DNA of 64,000 bases from Thermodesulfovibrionia bacterium (GCA_919902995.1 CAKKSD010000032.1:20336-84335), one strand, 5' to 3'; counted from the stretch's first letter, positions 45,376 through 55,680 are shown. Notes: generated from the sequence alone by a model not told the origin. A program made the numbers and translations.

Positions 45376-46188
45376 ATGTATCGCTACCTTGTTGAACATA
45401 AAAGGTTACTTGTCCTTTTCCTTATCATTTTCCTCGCATTTTTATGGATGACCCACCAGATTAAACAGGGAGATAAGCTTGGCGTGAAAAGACTCTCTGA
45501 CAACCTTCTTTCCCCTCCCCAGAAAGTAATCACAGTCCTTGCTAACAGGGTAAGGGGATTCTTAGATCATTATCTCTTCCTTGTTGGTAAGGCAAAAGAG
45601 AATAAGAGTTTAATTGAAGAGATAGAGAAGTTAAAGACAGAAGTGGGAAGATATCAGGATGTCTTGGAAGAGAATAAAAGACTTAAAACCCTCCTTTCAT
45701 TAAAGGAGTCTCAATCAACCTATATTGCTACAGTAAGGGTGATAGGAAGGGATCCAGGTAACTGGTTTAGAACTATCGTTGTAGATAAAGGTGAGAAGGA
45801 TGGACTTAAAAAGGATATGACCGCTATTTCTCATTCTGGTATTGTGGGAAGGATATACAAGGTCATGCCAGGGACAGCAAAGATTCTTCTTATCACCGAT
45901 CACGGAAGTTCTCTGGCTGCAAGGGTACTGAGAACAAGGGATGAAGGAATTCTGGAAGGGACAGTGGGAGGTTTCTGCCGTCTTAAGTATATCCGCCAGT
46001 CAAGCGAAATTAAGGTTGGCGATGTTTTGTTGAGTTCAGGTCTTGATGGGGTTTTTCCTAAGGGACTCATTATAGGAACAGTCTCTAAAGTTGAGAGGAA
46101 AAAGTCCGGTTTTTTCCAGGAGATAGATGTAACCCCTAACACTGATATTACAAAACTTGAGGAAGTAATTATAGTAGGGCAGAAATGA
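45376..46188 (+). CDS. mreC: Rod shape-determining protein MreC
   Basis: TM + coiled coil + beta domains; position between mreB and mreD. Confidence 0.85.
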   Translation: MYRYLVEHKRLLVLFLIIFLAFLWMTHQIKQGDKLGVKRLSDNLLSPPQKVITVLANRVRGFLDHYLFLVGKAKENKSLIEEIEKLKTEVGRYQDVLEENKRLKTLLSLKESQSTYIATVRVIGRDPGNWFRTIVVDKGEKDGLKKDMTAISHSGIVGRIYKVMPGTAKILLITDHGSSLAARVLRTRDEGILEGTVGGFCRLKYIRQSSEIKVGDVLLSSGLDGVFPKGLIIGTVSKVERKKSGFFQEIDVTPNTDITKLEEVIIVGQK

Positions 46189-46685
46189 AGGTTATTGCCT
46201 TCTTACTTTTCATCTTCCTTCTTGTCGCCCTTCAGGGGACACTTCTTGAGAACATTAGCCTTAAGGGTATTAAACCAGATCTCCTCTTTATCCTCTCCTA
46301 TGGTATAGGACTCTATAAGGGTGAGATGAATGGTCTGTTTTGGGGAGGATTTATCGGTCTTATGATGGATAGCTCTACAGGTATACTGTTAGGACCTAAT
46401 CTTACAAGTAAGGCTACAGTCGGTTTTCTTTCAGGATACTTTAAAAGAAAGGTATTCAGGATGACAGTAACTGTGAGTCTAATTTTTCTCTTTATCCTCT
46501 CAATTCTTGACGGGATTATGAACTTTATTTCTATCAATATATTTATCGGGACCACTCCTTTCTTTAAGTCATTCTTATCTATTATTCTTCCTCAGGCACT
46601 TTATAATACACTTTTTGGTGTTATAATATGGGCATTGTTTGAAAGGTTTAAAATAAGAGATGTTAGAGAACCTGCAAGAGAATAA
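46185..46685 (+). CDS. mreD: Rod shape-determining protein MreD
   Basis: 166 aa polytopic membrane protein overlapping mreC stop; operon context. Confidence 0.7.
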   Translation: MKVIAFLLFIFLLVALQGTLLENISLKGIKPDLLFILSYGIGLYKGEMNGLFWGGFIGLMMDSSTGILLGPNLTSKATVGFLSGYFKRKVFRMTVTVSLIFLFILSILDGIMNFISINIFIGTTPFFKSFLSIILPQALYNTLFGVIIWALFERFKIRDVREPARE

Positions 46686-48507
46686 AAACAGTGACATACA
46701 GAAAAGACTCCCCTATTTTGGCTATGCCATATTGATTCTGATAGCCCTGATTGTCTTGAGGATCTGGTATTACCAGGTCTTAAAGGGAAATTACTACAGA
46801 GAGCTTTCTGAGAATAACCGTTTGAGGATAATAAAAATTTTACCACCGCGGGGTATCATCTATGACCGTGAAGGTATTCCTCTTGTAGAAAATATTCCGA
46901 GTTTTGATATATCCCTCGTCATTGAAGATATCTATATTGAAGATATCTATAAGGAAGGAGATACAATCAGCAGGCTTGGTAAATTCATCGGGATTCCAGA
47001 AGAAGAGATAAAGAAAAAGATTGAAGTAGCAAAGCGTAAAGAACCCTTTCAACCAGTAAAGATAAAAGAAAATGCAAGCTGGGAGGAAGTTGCAGTAATT
47101 GAGGCACGTAAAGTTGATATGCCAGGTGTCTTTGTCGAAGTGGAAGTCACAAGAAACTACCTTTATGGAGACCTTGGGGCTCATCTTATAGGTCATCTCG
47201 GCAGGATTACACCTGAACAGGTTGAACTGGAGGAATATCTCAATTTCCCGAGAGGCAGCCTCATCGGACAATGGGGCATTGAGAAGAGTTTCGATAATGC
47301 CTTAAGGGGAATTCCAGGAGAAAGGATAATCGAGGTTGATGCACTTGGTCGTGAGGTAAAGGTCCTTGCAGAAAAGGAATCTATCCCAGGGGATGACATA
47401 TACCTCACATTAGACCTTAATACCCAGAAGACTGCAGAAAACGCCCTGGGAAAAGAGGCAGGGGCTATAGTAGCCATAGATCCTAATAATGGTGGGATCC
47501 TTGCCTTCAGTTCACGCCCCTCACTTGATCCAAATATGTTTTCTAAAGGCACACAAAGGCAATACTGGACAGATATGATGAACAATCCGATCCACCCCCT
47601 TATGAACAGGGTGACTCAAAGCCAGGTACCTCCGGGATCCACTTTCAAGATAGTGATGGCAGCAGCCGGTCTTGAGACAGGAAAGATTACTCCATCCACA
47701 GAGGTGAACTGCCAGGGTTCTATCCGTTTCGGAAACAGAGATTTTAGATGCTGGAAGGCAGGAGGTCACGGCAGGGTATCCCTGCACAGGGCTATAGTTG
47801 AATCCTGTGATGTATATTTCTATGAACTGGGGAAGAAATTGGGGATAGATGTTATATCCAAGTATGCAGAGACATTCGGCTTAGGAAAGATTACAGGGAT
47901 TCCTTTACCTTCTGAAAAGACCGGCCTTGTCCCTTCGACTGAATGGAAGAACAGGGCGCTGGGGAAGCCATGGTTCCCCGGTGAGACCCTTTCAGTTTCT
48001 ATAGGACAGGGTTATCTCCTCGTCACACCTCTCCAGATGGCTCAGGTAGCTGCCTCTGTAGCTAATGATGGGATTATCTATAAACCTCAGGTAGTAAAGA
48101 GGATAAATGGAAAAAACGGTTATATAGATCTTCTTCCTGAAGGCACTAAAATTCAGATCAATAACGGGACTATGAAATTCCTGAGAGATGCAATGGCAGG
48201 TGTGGTTGAAGAGCCAGGAGGAACAGGACATCGGGCGAGATCAACTATAGCAAGGATTGGTGGAAAGACAGGTACATCCCAGATAATCGGTATGAAAGAA
48301 AGGGTAAAATCGGAAAATATTCCCAAAAGGTTCAGGGACCATGCATGGTTTGTTGCCTTTGCCCCCGCAGAGAATGCCAGAATAGCCGTTGCTTCCTTCG
48401 TGGAACATGGAGGTCATGGGGGGGTATCATCTGCCCCATTGGCAAAGCGTGTGATAGAGGAATATATTAAAAACAATAACAAGTCACAGGTGGCAAGCAA
48501 CAAGTAA
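46660..48507 (+). CDS. mrdA: Penicillin-binding protein 2 (peptidoglycan D,D-transpeptidase)
   Basis: STFK (SxxK), SCD (SxN-like), KTGT motifs; PBP dimerisation domain. Confidence 0.9.
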   Translation: MLENLQENKNSDIQKRLPYFGYAILILIALIVLRIWYYQVLKGNYYRELSENNRLRIIKILPPRGIIYDREGIPLVENIPSFDISLVIEDIYIEDIYKEGDTISRLGKFIGIPEEEIKKKIEVAKRKEPFQPVKIKENASWEEVAVIEARKVDMPGVFVEVEVTRNYLYGDLGAHLIGHLGRITPEQVELEEYLNFPRGSLIGQWGIEKSFDNALRGIPGERIIEVDALGREVKVLAEKESIPGDDIYLTLDLNTQKTAENALGKEAGAIVAIDPNNGGILAFSSRPSLDPNMFSKGTQRQYWTDMMNNPIHPLMNRVTQSQVPPGSTFKIVMAAAGLETGKITPSTEVNCQGSIRFGNRDFRCWKAGGHGRVSLHRAIVESCDVYFYELGKKLGIDVISKYAETFGLGKITGIPLPSEKTGLVPSTEWKNRALGKPWFPGETLSVSIGQGYLLVTPLQMAQVAASVANDGIIYKPQVVKRINGKNGYIDLLPEGTKIQINNGTMKFLRDAMAGVVEEPGGTGHRARSTIARIGGKTGTSQIIGMKERVKSENIPKRFRDHAWFVAFAPAENARIAVASFVEHGGHGGVSSAPLAKRVIEEYIKNNNKSQVASNK

Positions 48508-48562
48508 CAGTAGGTTTTGACTTATAACTTGCAAACTTGTAACTTTTAACTTGTAATTTATT

Positions 48563-49693
48563 ATGATAGATCGTCGGTTAATACAGAACTTTGATTGGAT
48601 CCTTTTTCTTGTGACCTGTATCCTCGCTTTCATCGGCGTTCTCACAATCTACAGCTCCACAAAGACACTCCCATTTAAAGATGGGGCTCTATCCGCATTA
48701 CCTTACTATATAAAACAGATGATATGGGTAGGAATCGGACTAGTCTCCGTGTTCGTTATCCTTTTCATAGATTACAGGAAATTAGGGAAGTATTCCTATG
48801 TCGTCTACGGTTTTTCTCTCATTTTACTGATATTGGTACTATTCATAGGAAAGAGTGGTATGGGTGCACAGAGGTGGTTTTCTCTTGGCCCCATATCATT
48901 TCAACCATCTGAGTTAACCAAACTTTTTTTAATAATATCTCTGGCATGGTTTCTTTCAGAAGAACGGATTACCCCAATGAGGCTAAGGGATCTGTTTCAA
49001 CCCGTATTCTTCTTCCTCTTCCTTCCCCTTTTGCTGGTTTTAAAACAACCTGATTTAGGGACAGCAATGATGATCTTCTTTATCTTTACCTCTATGGTTC
49101 TCATGGCAGGCGTCAGGTGGAAATCGCTTCTCATCATCATACTGCCAGCAGTTCTAACTTCACCTCTCTGGGTAAAACTTTTCTGGAACTCCCTTAAAGC
49201 TTACCAGAAGGCAAGGATCCTCGTTTTCCTCAAGCCCGATGTAGACCCCCTCGGTGTTGGTTACCATATAGCTCAGTCTAAGATCGCTATCGGATCGGGC
49301 AAGATTATCGGAAAGGGTTACCTCTCAGGGACACAGGGACAACTAAGATTCCTCCCTGAAAGACATACAGATTTTATCTTCTCTACATTTGCTGAAGAAT
49401 GGGGATTTCTGGGATCTCTGGTACTGATAGCAATCTACTTTTTCCTTATCTTCTGGGGTATAGGGATTGCAAAAAAGGCTAAAGACCGTTTTGGTGCACT
49501 TATAGCGATCGGGGTTGTCTCTATGATTGCCACCTATCTTATTGTGAATGTAGGGATGACGTTAGGACTTATGCCAGTTGTAGGACTCCCCCTTCCTTTC
49601 CTTAGCTATGGCGGGACATCCATTGTAACTGTGTTTATGGCAATAGGGATACTGATGAATGTTAAGATGCGGAGATTTATGCTCTTTTACTGA
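48563..49693 (+). CDS. rodA: Peptidoglycan glycosyltransferase RodA (SEDS family)
   Basis: 376 aa FtsW/RodA/SpoVE family, downstream of mrdA. Confidence 0.9.
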   Translation: MIDRRLIQNFDWILFLVTCILAFIGVLTIYSSTKTLPFKDGALSALPYYIKQMIWVGIGLVSVFVILFIDYRKLGKYSYVVYGFSLILLILVLFIGKSGMGAQRWFSLGPISFQPSELTKLFLIISLAWFLSEERITPMRLRDLFQPVFFFLFLPLLLVLKQPDLGTAMMIFFIFTSMVLMAGVRWKSLLIIILPAVLTSPLWVKLFWNSLKAYQKARILVFLKPDVDPLGVGYHIAQSKIAIGSGKIIGKGYLSGTQGQLRFLPERHTDFIFSTFAEEWGFLGSLVLIAIYFFLIFWGIGIAKKAKDRFGALIAIGVVSMIATYLIVNVGMTLGLMPVVGLPLPFLSYGGTSIVTVFMAIGILMNVKMRRFMLFY

Positions 49694-49831
49694 AAAGACT
49701 TTGTGGTTAACTTAAGTATGGTTCTGTTATTGAAAATGAGTTTTTGTGATGCCTTTAAAGTAGCAAACAGCAACATCCAATAAAACAAGGATTGAAACTT
49801 AGACCGTATACCCACTTGCAAACCCTTCCTT

Positions 49832-52486
49832 TTGATGTTATTCTCTCGATATGAATTTCTGGATTTAATGTTCGGATTTAAGGAGAAACCACTGTTGGAA
49901 GACTTTTTGCCTCTTGTTCAGAGGCCATCGAGATATATAGGTAACGAGATAAATTCTGTTCATAAGGATTCTGACAGGGTTAGGGTATCAGTAGCCCTTG
50001 CCTTTCCGGATACCTACGAGATAGGCATGTCACACCTGGGGTTAAAGATCCTCTATAAGATCCTAAATGACATGTCTGATGTATCTGCTGAGAGGGTCTA
50101 TGCCCCGTGGATAGACTATGAAAAGATATTAAGGGCAAAGGGACTTCCATTAAGGAGCCTTGAATCCTCAAAACCATTAAATAACTTCGATATAATCGGA
50201 TTCACCCTTCAGTATGAACTGAGTTATACAAATATCCTGAATATCCTTGACCTCTCCAATATTCCCTTACGATCAGAGGAAAGACATGGGAAATATCCTT
50301 TGATCATAGCAGGAGGCCCCTGTGCCTTTAATCCAGAGCCTCTTGCAGACTTTATTGACGCCTTCCTGATAGGAGATGGAGAAGAGGCGATAGTAGAGAT
50401 TATGAATATATACAAAGGATGGAAATCAGATCGAGTTACAAAGGACGAACTCCTTGAAAGACTTTCAGGGATCGAAGGTCTTTATGTCCCATCCCTTTAT
50501 GAGATAAATTATCTGCCTGATGGAAGGATCAAAGATATAAAGGGGCCTAAAGTAAAAAAGAGGTTCCTATCCGAACTCGAGGGAGCCCCTTTCCCGGATA
50601 GACCTGTCTTACCATATCTGAAAACAGTCCATGACAGGGTAACAATCGAGATAGCAAGAGGCTGTACAAGGGGATGCAGGTTCTGCCAGGCAGGTATTAT
50701 ATACAGACCCTGGAGGGAGAGGAGCCCTGAGAGGGCAATGTACTTAGCAGATAAATCTCTAAGGAACACAGGTTATGAAGAGGTATCCCTCACTTCTTTA
50801 AGTTCAGGTGATTACAGCTCACTTCTTCCCCTTATGAAAAATATTACCTCGCGGTTTGAATCAAAAAGGGTATCCATATCCCTGCCTTCGCTCAGAATAG
50901 GGACGTTAACAGATGAGATGATCCGTGAGATTAAGAAAATACGGAAGACAGGCTTTACGATCGCCCCTGAGGCAGGTACTGAGAGGCTGAGGAGAATTAT
51001 AAATAAAGAGATGAACGAAGGAGAATTCGAAAAGACAGTGAGATGGGTCTTTGATGAAGGCTGGGATACCCTGAAGTTTTATTTTATGATAGGTCTTCCA
51101 ACAGAGAATAAAGATGACCTCAGCGGCATTATAGATATGGCAAAAATGGTTCTCAGAATTGGGAGAGAGAGGTGCCGGAAGTCACCGAATATAAATCTCG
51201 GCATCTCTACCTTTGTTCCAAAGGCACATACACCCTTCCAGTGGATGGGACAGATCCCGCTCAATGAAATAAGAGAGAAAATGTATTATCTAAAGGGACA
51301 TTTAAAAAGGGGGAAGTTTAATCTAAAGGGTCAGGGTCCTGAGATGAGCCTCCTTGAGGCGGTCTTTGCAAGGGGTGATAGAAAACTGGGTAATCTTATT
51401 GAAAAAGCCTTCAGGCTCGGTTGCCGTTTTGATGGATGGACAGAATGTTTTGATTATAACAGGTGGAATAATGCCTTTGAAGAATCCGGAATAGACCCTC
51501 GCTTTTATGCTAATCGTGATATCGAACTTCAAGATACCCTGCCATGGGATTTCATAGAAACAGGTGTTAAAAAGGAGTTTCTGGAAAGAGAGTATAAGAA
51601 GGCATTCCTCGAGAAGGGATCAAAGGACTGCCGTTATGGGCCTTGCCTTAGTTGTGGACTACCCTGCGAGAAAGTTAAGAGTTCGAAGGGTCTGGGGTCA
51701 GGTCTTGAATCTTGCATTAGAGATAGGTTTAATGTCAAGGTGCCAAGTATTCTAATGCAAGATTCAAGACCTGACCCCATTTCTCGACTAACTCTTAACG
51801 CCTCACGATTCACGATCCCTATCAGGGTAAGGATGATGTTTTCTAAGACTGGTCCCATGATGTTTCTGTCGCATCTCGAACTCATGACCGCTATTCAGAG
51901 GGCAGTAACGAGGGCGGAGATACCTGTTGCCTTCTCTCTTGGGTTCAATCCCCATCCAAAGATTTCCTTTGGACCTGCCCTTCCTGTAGGTATTGAGGGA
52001 TTTAGAGAATATTTTGATATAGATCTAAATTCTCCTGTAAATATCGAAGGGGCCGTAGAAACACTTAACAGGGTTCTGCCGCAGGGTCTTCAAATACATA
52101 ATGCAAAGGCTATCTACCAGAAGTCAAAGTCACTATCAAGCATTGTGAAACGGTATATCTACTCATTAGAGGTATCGAAGAGTGAGATAGAACTCCTTAA
52201 GAAGAACTTAATAAAAGAGCGAATACCTTTCGAGAGAAAAACTGGGAAAGGATTAAAGCAGGTAGACCTTAGACCGATGATATTAGATCTGAATTTTTCA
52301 GATGGAAAAGAGGCAATCATCACCCTCCAGGACACTGAAGAATACTCAGTAAAACCCCTTGAGGTCTTAGAGGTTTTACTTAAAAGAGATCCCCTTATGT
52401 CAAAGATCAGAAGGATCGCTCTATTTGGGATGAGTAATGGTGGATGGGTTGAACCCATGGAGATAATAAATAAAGTTTCAAAGTAG
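49832..52486 (+). CDS. Fused B12-binding-type radical SAM protein (TIGR03960-like) + DUF2344 (TIGR03936-like) domain
   Basis: CxxxCxxC (ARGCTRGCRFCQAG). C-terminal IRVRMMFSKTGPMMFLSHLELMTAIQRA...GFNPHPKISFGPAL matches the radical-SAM-linked DUF2344 pattern. The ORF-track start is upstream of the likely true start. Confidence 0.8.
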   Translation: MMLFSRYEFLDLMFGFKEKPLLEDFLPLVQRPSRYIGNEINSVHKDSDRVRVSVALAFPDTYEIGMSHLGLKILYKILNDMSDVSAERVYAPWIDYEKILRAKGLPLRSLESSKPLNNFDIIGFTLQYELSYTNILNILDLSNIPLRSEERHGKYPLIIAGGPCAFNPEPLADFIDAFLIGDGEEAIVEIMNIYKGWKSDRVTKDELLERLSGIEGLYVPSLYEINYLPDGRIKDIKGPKVKKRFLSELEGAPFPDRPVLPYLKTVHDRVTIEIARGCTRGCRFCQAGIIYRPWRERSPERAMYLADKSLRNTGYEEVSLTSLSSGDYSSLLPLMKNITSRFESKRVSISLPSLRIGTLTDEMIREIKKIRKTGFTIAPEAGTERLRRIINKEMNEGEFEKTVRWVFDEGWDTLKFYFMIGLPTENKDDLSGIIDMAKMVLRIGRERCRKSPNINLGISTFVPKAHTPFQWMGQIPLNEIREKMYYLKGHLKRGKFNLKGQGPEMSLLEAVFARGDRKLGNLIEKAFRLGCRFDGWTECFDYNRWNNAFEESGIDPRFYANRDIELQDTLPWDFIETGVKKEFLEREYKKAFLEKGSKDCRYGPCLSCGLPCEKVKSSKGLGSGLESCIRDRFNVKVPSILMQDSRPDPISRLTLNASRFTIPIRVRMMFSKTGPMMFLSHLELMTAIQRAVTRAEIPVAFSLGFNPHPKISFGPALPVGIEGFREYFDIDLNSPVNIEGAVETLNRVLPQGLQIHNAKAIYQKSKSLSSIVKRYIYSLEVSKSEIELLKKNLIKERIPFERKTGKGLKQVDLRPMILDLNFSDGKEAIITLQDTEEYSVKPLEVLEVLLKRDPLMSKIRRIALFGMSNGGWVEPMEIINKVSK
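51694..51778. repeat. 28-bp perfect inverted repeat inside the radical SAM/DUF2344 linker coding region
   Basis: ggggtcaggtcttgaatcttgcattaga (51694-51721) and its exact reverse complement (51751-51778), 29-nt spacer. Reading frame stays open. Confidence 0.9.
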
Positions 52487-52563
52487 CAAAGTGTCAAAGG
52501 GTCAGGTTATTAAACTTTGTTACTCTGGCACTATGACTCTCTGACACCCTACTTTATTTTCCG

Positions 52564-54063
52564 ATGAATAACGAGATCATCATAAATGTTTCAAGGGAAG
52601 AGATAAGGGTTGCCCTTCTCGAAAACGGGCAAGTTGTAGAACTCTATATAGACAGAAAGAAGGAAGAAGGTATCGTCGGTAATATCTATAAGGGAAGGGT
52701 TGCAAAGGTACTTCCAGGGATGCAGGCATCCTTCATAGATATCGGTCTTGAAAAGGCGGCCTTTCTATACGCAACGGATGTCTCTAACACAATGGAGGAA
52801 TATGTCCGTTTTATGGATGAAGATATAGAATTTACCGACGGAAAAAGAAAAAGGACTGCTACACCTATCGAGGACCTCCTCCAGGAAGGTCAGGAAATCT
52901 TCGTTCAGGTCTCAAAAGAACCAATAGGGATGAAAGGTGCAAGGGTTACATCCTATTTAACACTTCCTGGAAGATATTTAGTTTTTATGCCCAGCGTAGA
53001 TCATATAGGCGTATCGAGGAGAATAAAGGACGAAGATGAAAGGAAAAGGCTCAGAGAAATCATCAATAAACTGAAGAGACCAGGGTCAGGTTATATTGTC
53101 AGAACGGTAAGTGAAGGGAAGCCAGAAGAGGAATTTTCAAGCGATATGAAATTTCTCGAGATTCTCTGGCAAAATATTGAAAAAAAGAAGGAAAGGCAAT
53201 CCGCACCCTGTCTTATACATAGCGACCTCGACATTATCTTCAGGGTTGTCCGTGACCTCTTCACTTCTGAGATAAAGCGGCTGGTAATTGATTCTCAGGA
53301 AGAATACCTGAAGGTCAAGGATTTTGTAGAGACATACCTCCCATCCCTAAGCGACAGGACAGAGCTCTATGATAAAGAAGAGCCAATCTTCGACCTCTAC
53401 GGTATAGAGATAGAAATCGAGAAAGCACTTAAAAGGAAGATCTGGCTTAAATCAGGAGGTTATATTGTTATCGATGAGGTAGAGGCACTGACCGCTATAG
53501 ATGTAAACACAGGGAGATATGTTGGAAAGAAGAGCCTCGAGGAGACGATTCTTAAAACAAATCTCGAGGCTGCTAAAGAGATAGCCTATCAACTCAGGTT
53601 AAGAAATATCGGGGGAATAATAATAGTAGATTTTATTGATATGGAAAAGGAAGAAAACAGGAAAAGGGTCTATACCACCTTTCAGGAAGCCCTTGCAGAG
53701 GACAAGGCCAGAATTAATATATTCCAGATATCGCCACTCGGTTTAATAGAGATGACAAGAAAACGGGTCAGGAGAAGCCTGAGCAGGTGTCTCTGTTATC
53801 CCTGTCCTTACTGTGAAGGGGATAGCTATATAAAATCACCCCTTACCATCTGTTATGAAATCTTCAATGAGATTCGAAGAAATTACAATACGAGCCTTGA
53901 GAAGAAAGTGATTGTCGTCGCTCATTCTGCTGTAGCTGATCTCCTTTACGATGAAGAAAGACAGGAGATGGAGACCCTCGAAAAGGAAATCCAGAAAAAG
54001 ATTATCATCAGGGCTGATCCAAATCTCCATCAGGAACAGTATGAGATAAGATTTAGTTCTTGA
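52564..54063 (+). CDS. rng: Ribonuclease G (RNase E/G family)
   Basis: S1 domain N-terminus (GNIYKGRVAKVLPGMQASFIDIG), DNase I-like and Zn-link CxxC..CxxC motifs. Confidence 0.85.
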   Translation: MNNEIIINVSREEIRVALLENGQVVELYIDRKKEEGIVGNIYKGRVAKVLPGMQASFIDIGLEKAAFLYATDVSNTMEEYVRFMDEDIEFTDGKRKRTATPIEDLLQEGQEIFVQVSKEPIGMKGARVTSYLTLPGRYLVFMPSVDHIGVSRRIKDEDERKRLREIINKLKRPGSGYIVRTVSEGKPEEEFSSDMKFLEILWQNIEKKKERQSAPCLIHSDLDIIFRVVRDLFTSEIKRLVIDSQEEYLKVKDFVETYLPSLSDRTELYDKEEPIFDLYGIEIEIEKALKRKIWLKSGGYIVIDEVEALTAIDVNTGRYVGKKSLEETILKTNLEAAKEIAYQLRLRNIGGIIIVDFIDMEKEENRKRVYTTFQEALAEDKARINIFQISPLGLIEMTRKRVRRSLSRCLCYPCPYCEGDSYIKSPLTICYEIFNEIRRNYNTSLEKKVIVVAHSAVADLLYDEERQEMETLEKEIQKKIIIRADPNLHQEQYEIRFSS

Positions 54064-54119
54064 CAGAAATAACCAATAATTATTATGATTACACAGATTT
54101 TTTAAGATTACATAATTAT

Positions 54120-54160
54120 GATTACACAGATTAATAAAGTATCTGTGTAATCTGTTTTTA
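54120..54160 (+). terminator. Rho-independent terminator of rng
   Basis: 12-bp stem gattacacagat / atctgtgtaatc, 9-nt loop, followed by tgttttta. Confidence 0.55.
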
Positions 54161-54182
54161 AATCTGCGTAATCATTTTAAAT

Positions 54183-54944
54183 ATGAGAATTCCTCTCATA
54201 GCAGGCAACTGGAAGATGAATATGACGATTGCCGATGCGAGGAAGACAGTCAATTCGTTGCTTCCTTTGGTTTCCGGTAATGAGGTAGAAGTAGTCCTTG
54301 TCCCACCCTTTACTGCCCTTTATGCAGTCCATGATATTATCCGTGGAACAAAGGTAAAGCTCGGGGCTCAGGACGTCTTCTGGGAAGAGAGCGGGGCTTA
54401 TACAGGGGAGATATCCCCTCCTATGCTTGTTGATGCTGGCTGTAGTTACGTCATAGTAGGCCATTCAGAAAGGAGAGGGTATTTCGGAGAGACAAATATC
54501 TCAGTAAACAGAAAGGTCGCTGCCTCCTTAAAAAATAATTTATGTCCGATCCTCTGTATCGGAGAGACCCTTCAGGAGAAAGAAGAGGGAAAGACACTTG
54601 ATATCCTTGAGAACGGACTTCTCGAAGGTTTAAAGGATTTAAAAGCTGATCAGCTCAGGGAAATAGTTATAGCATACGAACCCATATGGGCTATAGGTAC
54701 AGGAAAGACAGCAACTCCTGAACAGGCTAATGAATCCCATCTCTTTATAAGGGGATGGATGAAAAATAGTTTTGACAGGGAGACCTCCGAATTAATCAGG
54801 ATTATATATGGAGGGAGTGTTACCTCTGAGAATATAGATAGGCTTATGGCACAACCAGAAATAGATGGTGCCCTCATTGGCGGGGCTAGCCTGAAGGCAG
54901 ATAGCTTTGTAAAGATTGTTAATTACCGTATAAGAAAGGAGTGA
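54183..54944 (+). CDS. tpiA: Triosephosphate isomerase
   Basis: IAGNWKMN, AYEPIWAIGTGKTAT, GGS motifs. Confidence 0.95.
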   Translation: MRIPLIAGNWKMNMTIADARKTVNSLLPLVSGNEVEVVLVPPFTALYAVHDIIRGTKVKLGAQDVFWEESGAYTGEISPPMLVDAGCSYVIVGHSERRGYFGETNISVNRKVAASLKNNLCPILCIGETLQEKEEGKTLDILENGLLEGLKDLKADQLREIVIAYEPIWAIGTGKTATPEQANESHLFIRGWMKNSFDRETSELIRIIYGGSVTSENIDRLMAQPEIDGALIGGASLKADSFVKIVNYRIRKE

Positions 54945-54948
54945 ATCA

Positions 54949-55281
54949 ATGACCACTTTTTTAACTATCCTACATATCTTCGTAAGCATTATCCTGGTAG
55001 GTGTTGTTCTGCTACAGTCAGGGAAAGGTGCATCTATTGGTGCAGCCTTTGGAGGTGGTTCAAGTCAGACTCTCTTCGGAAGCCGTGGGGCTGCTAGCTT
55101 CCTGAGCAAGATTACGACCGTATCCGCCATAATATTTATGTTAACATCCCTCAGCCTTGCTGTAATATCGGCAAAAAAGAGTGGGTCCATAGTTCTCGAG
55201 GACAAGAAGCCCACACAGGAAATACCTGTGGAGAAGGTTCCACCTGCAACTGGTCCTATACAGGTGCCAGCAAAAAAGTAA
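54949..55281 (+). CDS. secG: Preprotein translocase subunit SecG
   Basis: LLQSGKGASIGAAFGGGSSQTLFGSRGAASFL; 110 aa with two TM. Confidence 0.85.
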   Translation: MTTFLTILHIFVSIILVGVVLLQSGKGASIGAAFGGGSSQTLFGSRGAASFLSKITTVSAIIFMLTSLSLAVISAKKSGSIVLEDKKPTQEIPVEKVPPATGPIQVPAKK

Positions 55282-55337
55282 TTCATTTTAAAATTAGCAT
55301 TGCAAATTAAAATGTTAATTGCTAATTTTACAATCTG
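55282..55337. repeat. AT-rich repeat family D (ttcattttaaaattagcattgcaaatt..ttaattgctaattttacaa)
   Basis: Near-identical to 57421-57450 and 57841-57870. Confidence 0.6.
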
Positions 55338-55624
55338 ATATGGCTGGACCTAGTCTTAAAGGCAAAAGCATCCTGGTTATTGTGCTGGATATAGCTGATG
55401 GTTTTTTCTTCCTCAACCCAATAATACTTAAGGGCTTTGATGAAGAAGGACTTAAAGATCTCTATCATAATATCATTAAGGTCCAGTCCGGAATAAGGGG
55501 AGAAAAATTCCCGAATAATAATCCTGATGCAATAAGAAAGAGAAATATTAAATTACAGAGGCTGCATAATTCTTTATTTATCCTTAAGAATTTTGCAAGG
55601 GAAAGGAGGATTTTCCTATACTAA
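55319..55624 (+). CDS. Hypothetical protein (weak call)
   Basis: 101 aa ORF with no recognisable motifs. It starts inside the AT-rich repeat. Confidence 0.2.
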   Translation: MLILQSDMAGPSLKGKSILVIVLDIADGFFFLNPIILKGFDEEGLKDLYHNIIKVQSGIRGEKFPNNNPDAIRKRNIKLQRLHNSLFILKNFARERRIFLY

Positions 55625-55680
55625 CCCTTCGCCACATGTCACCCTGAGCGAAGCGAAGGGTCTCGTATGGCAGGAGAATT
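55625..55680. repeat. REP-like hairpin variant (cccttcgccacat-gtcaccctgagcgaagcgaagggtctc) flanked by about 30-nt direct repeats
   Basis: Stem-swapped relative of gtcattgcgagcgaagcgaagcaatctc. Duplicated flanks gcaagggaaaggaggattttcctatacta / gcaaaggaaaggagggtttcattatccta. Confidence 0.6.

Noticed and set aside
51634-51885. 83-aa minus-strand ORF inside the radical SAM gene
   Set aside because: It is a mirror-image artefact of the 28-bp perfect inverted repeat (the same peptides are encoded on both strands). The plus-strand 884-codon frame is the gene.
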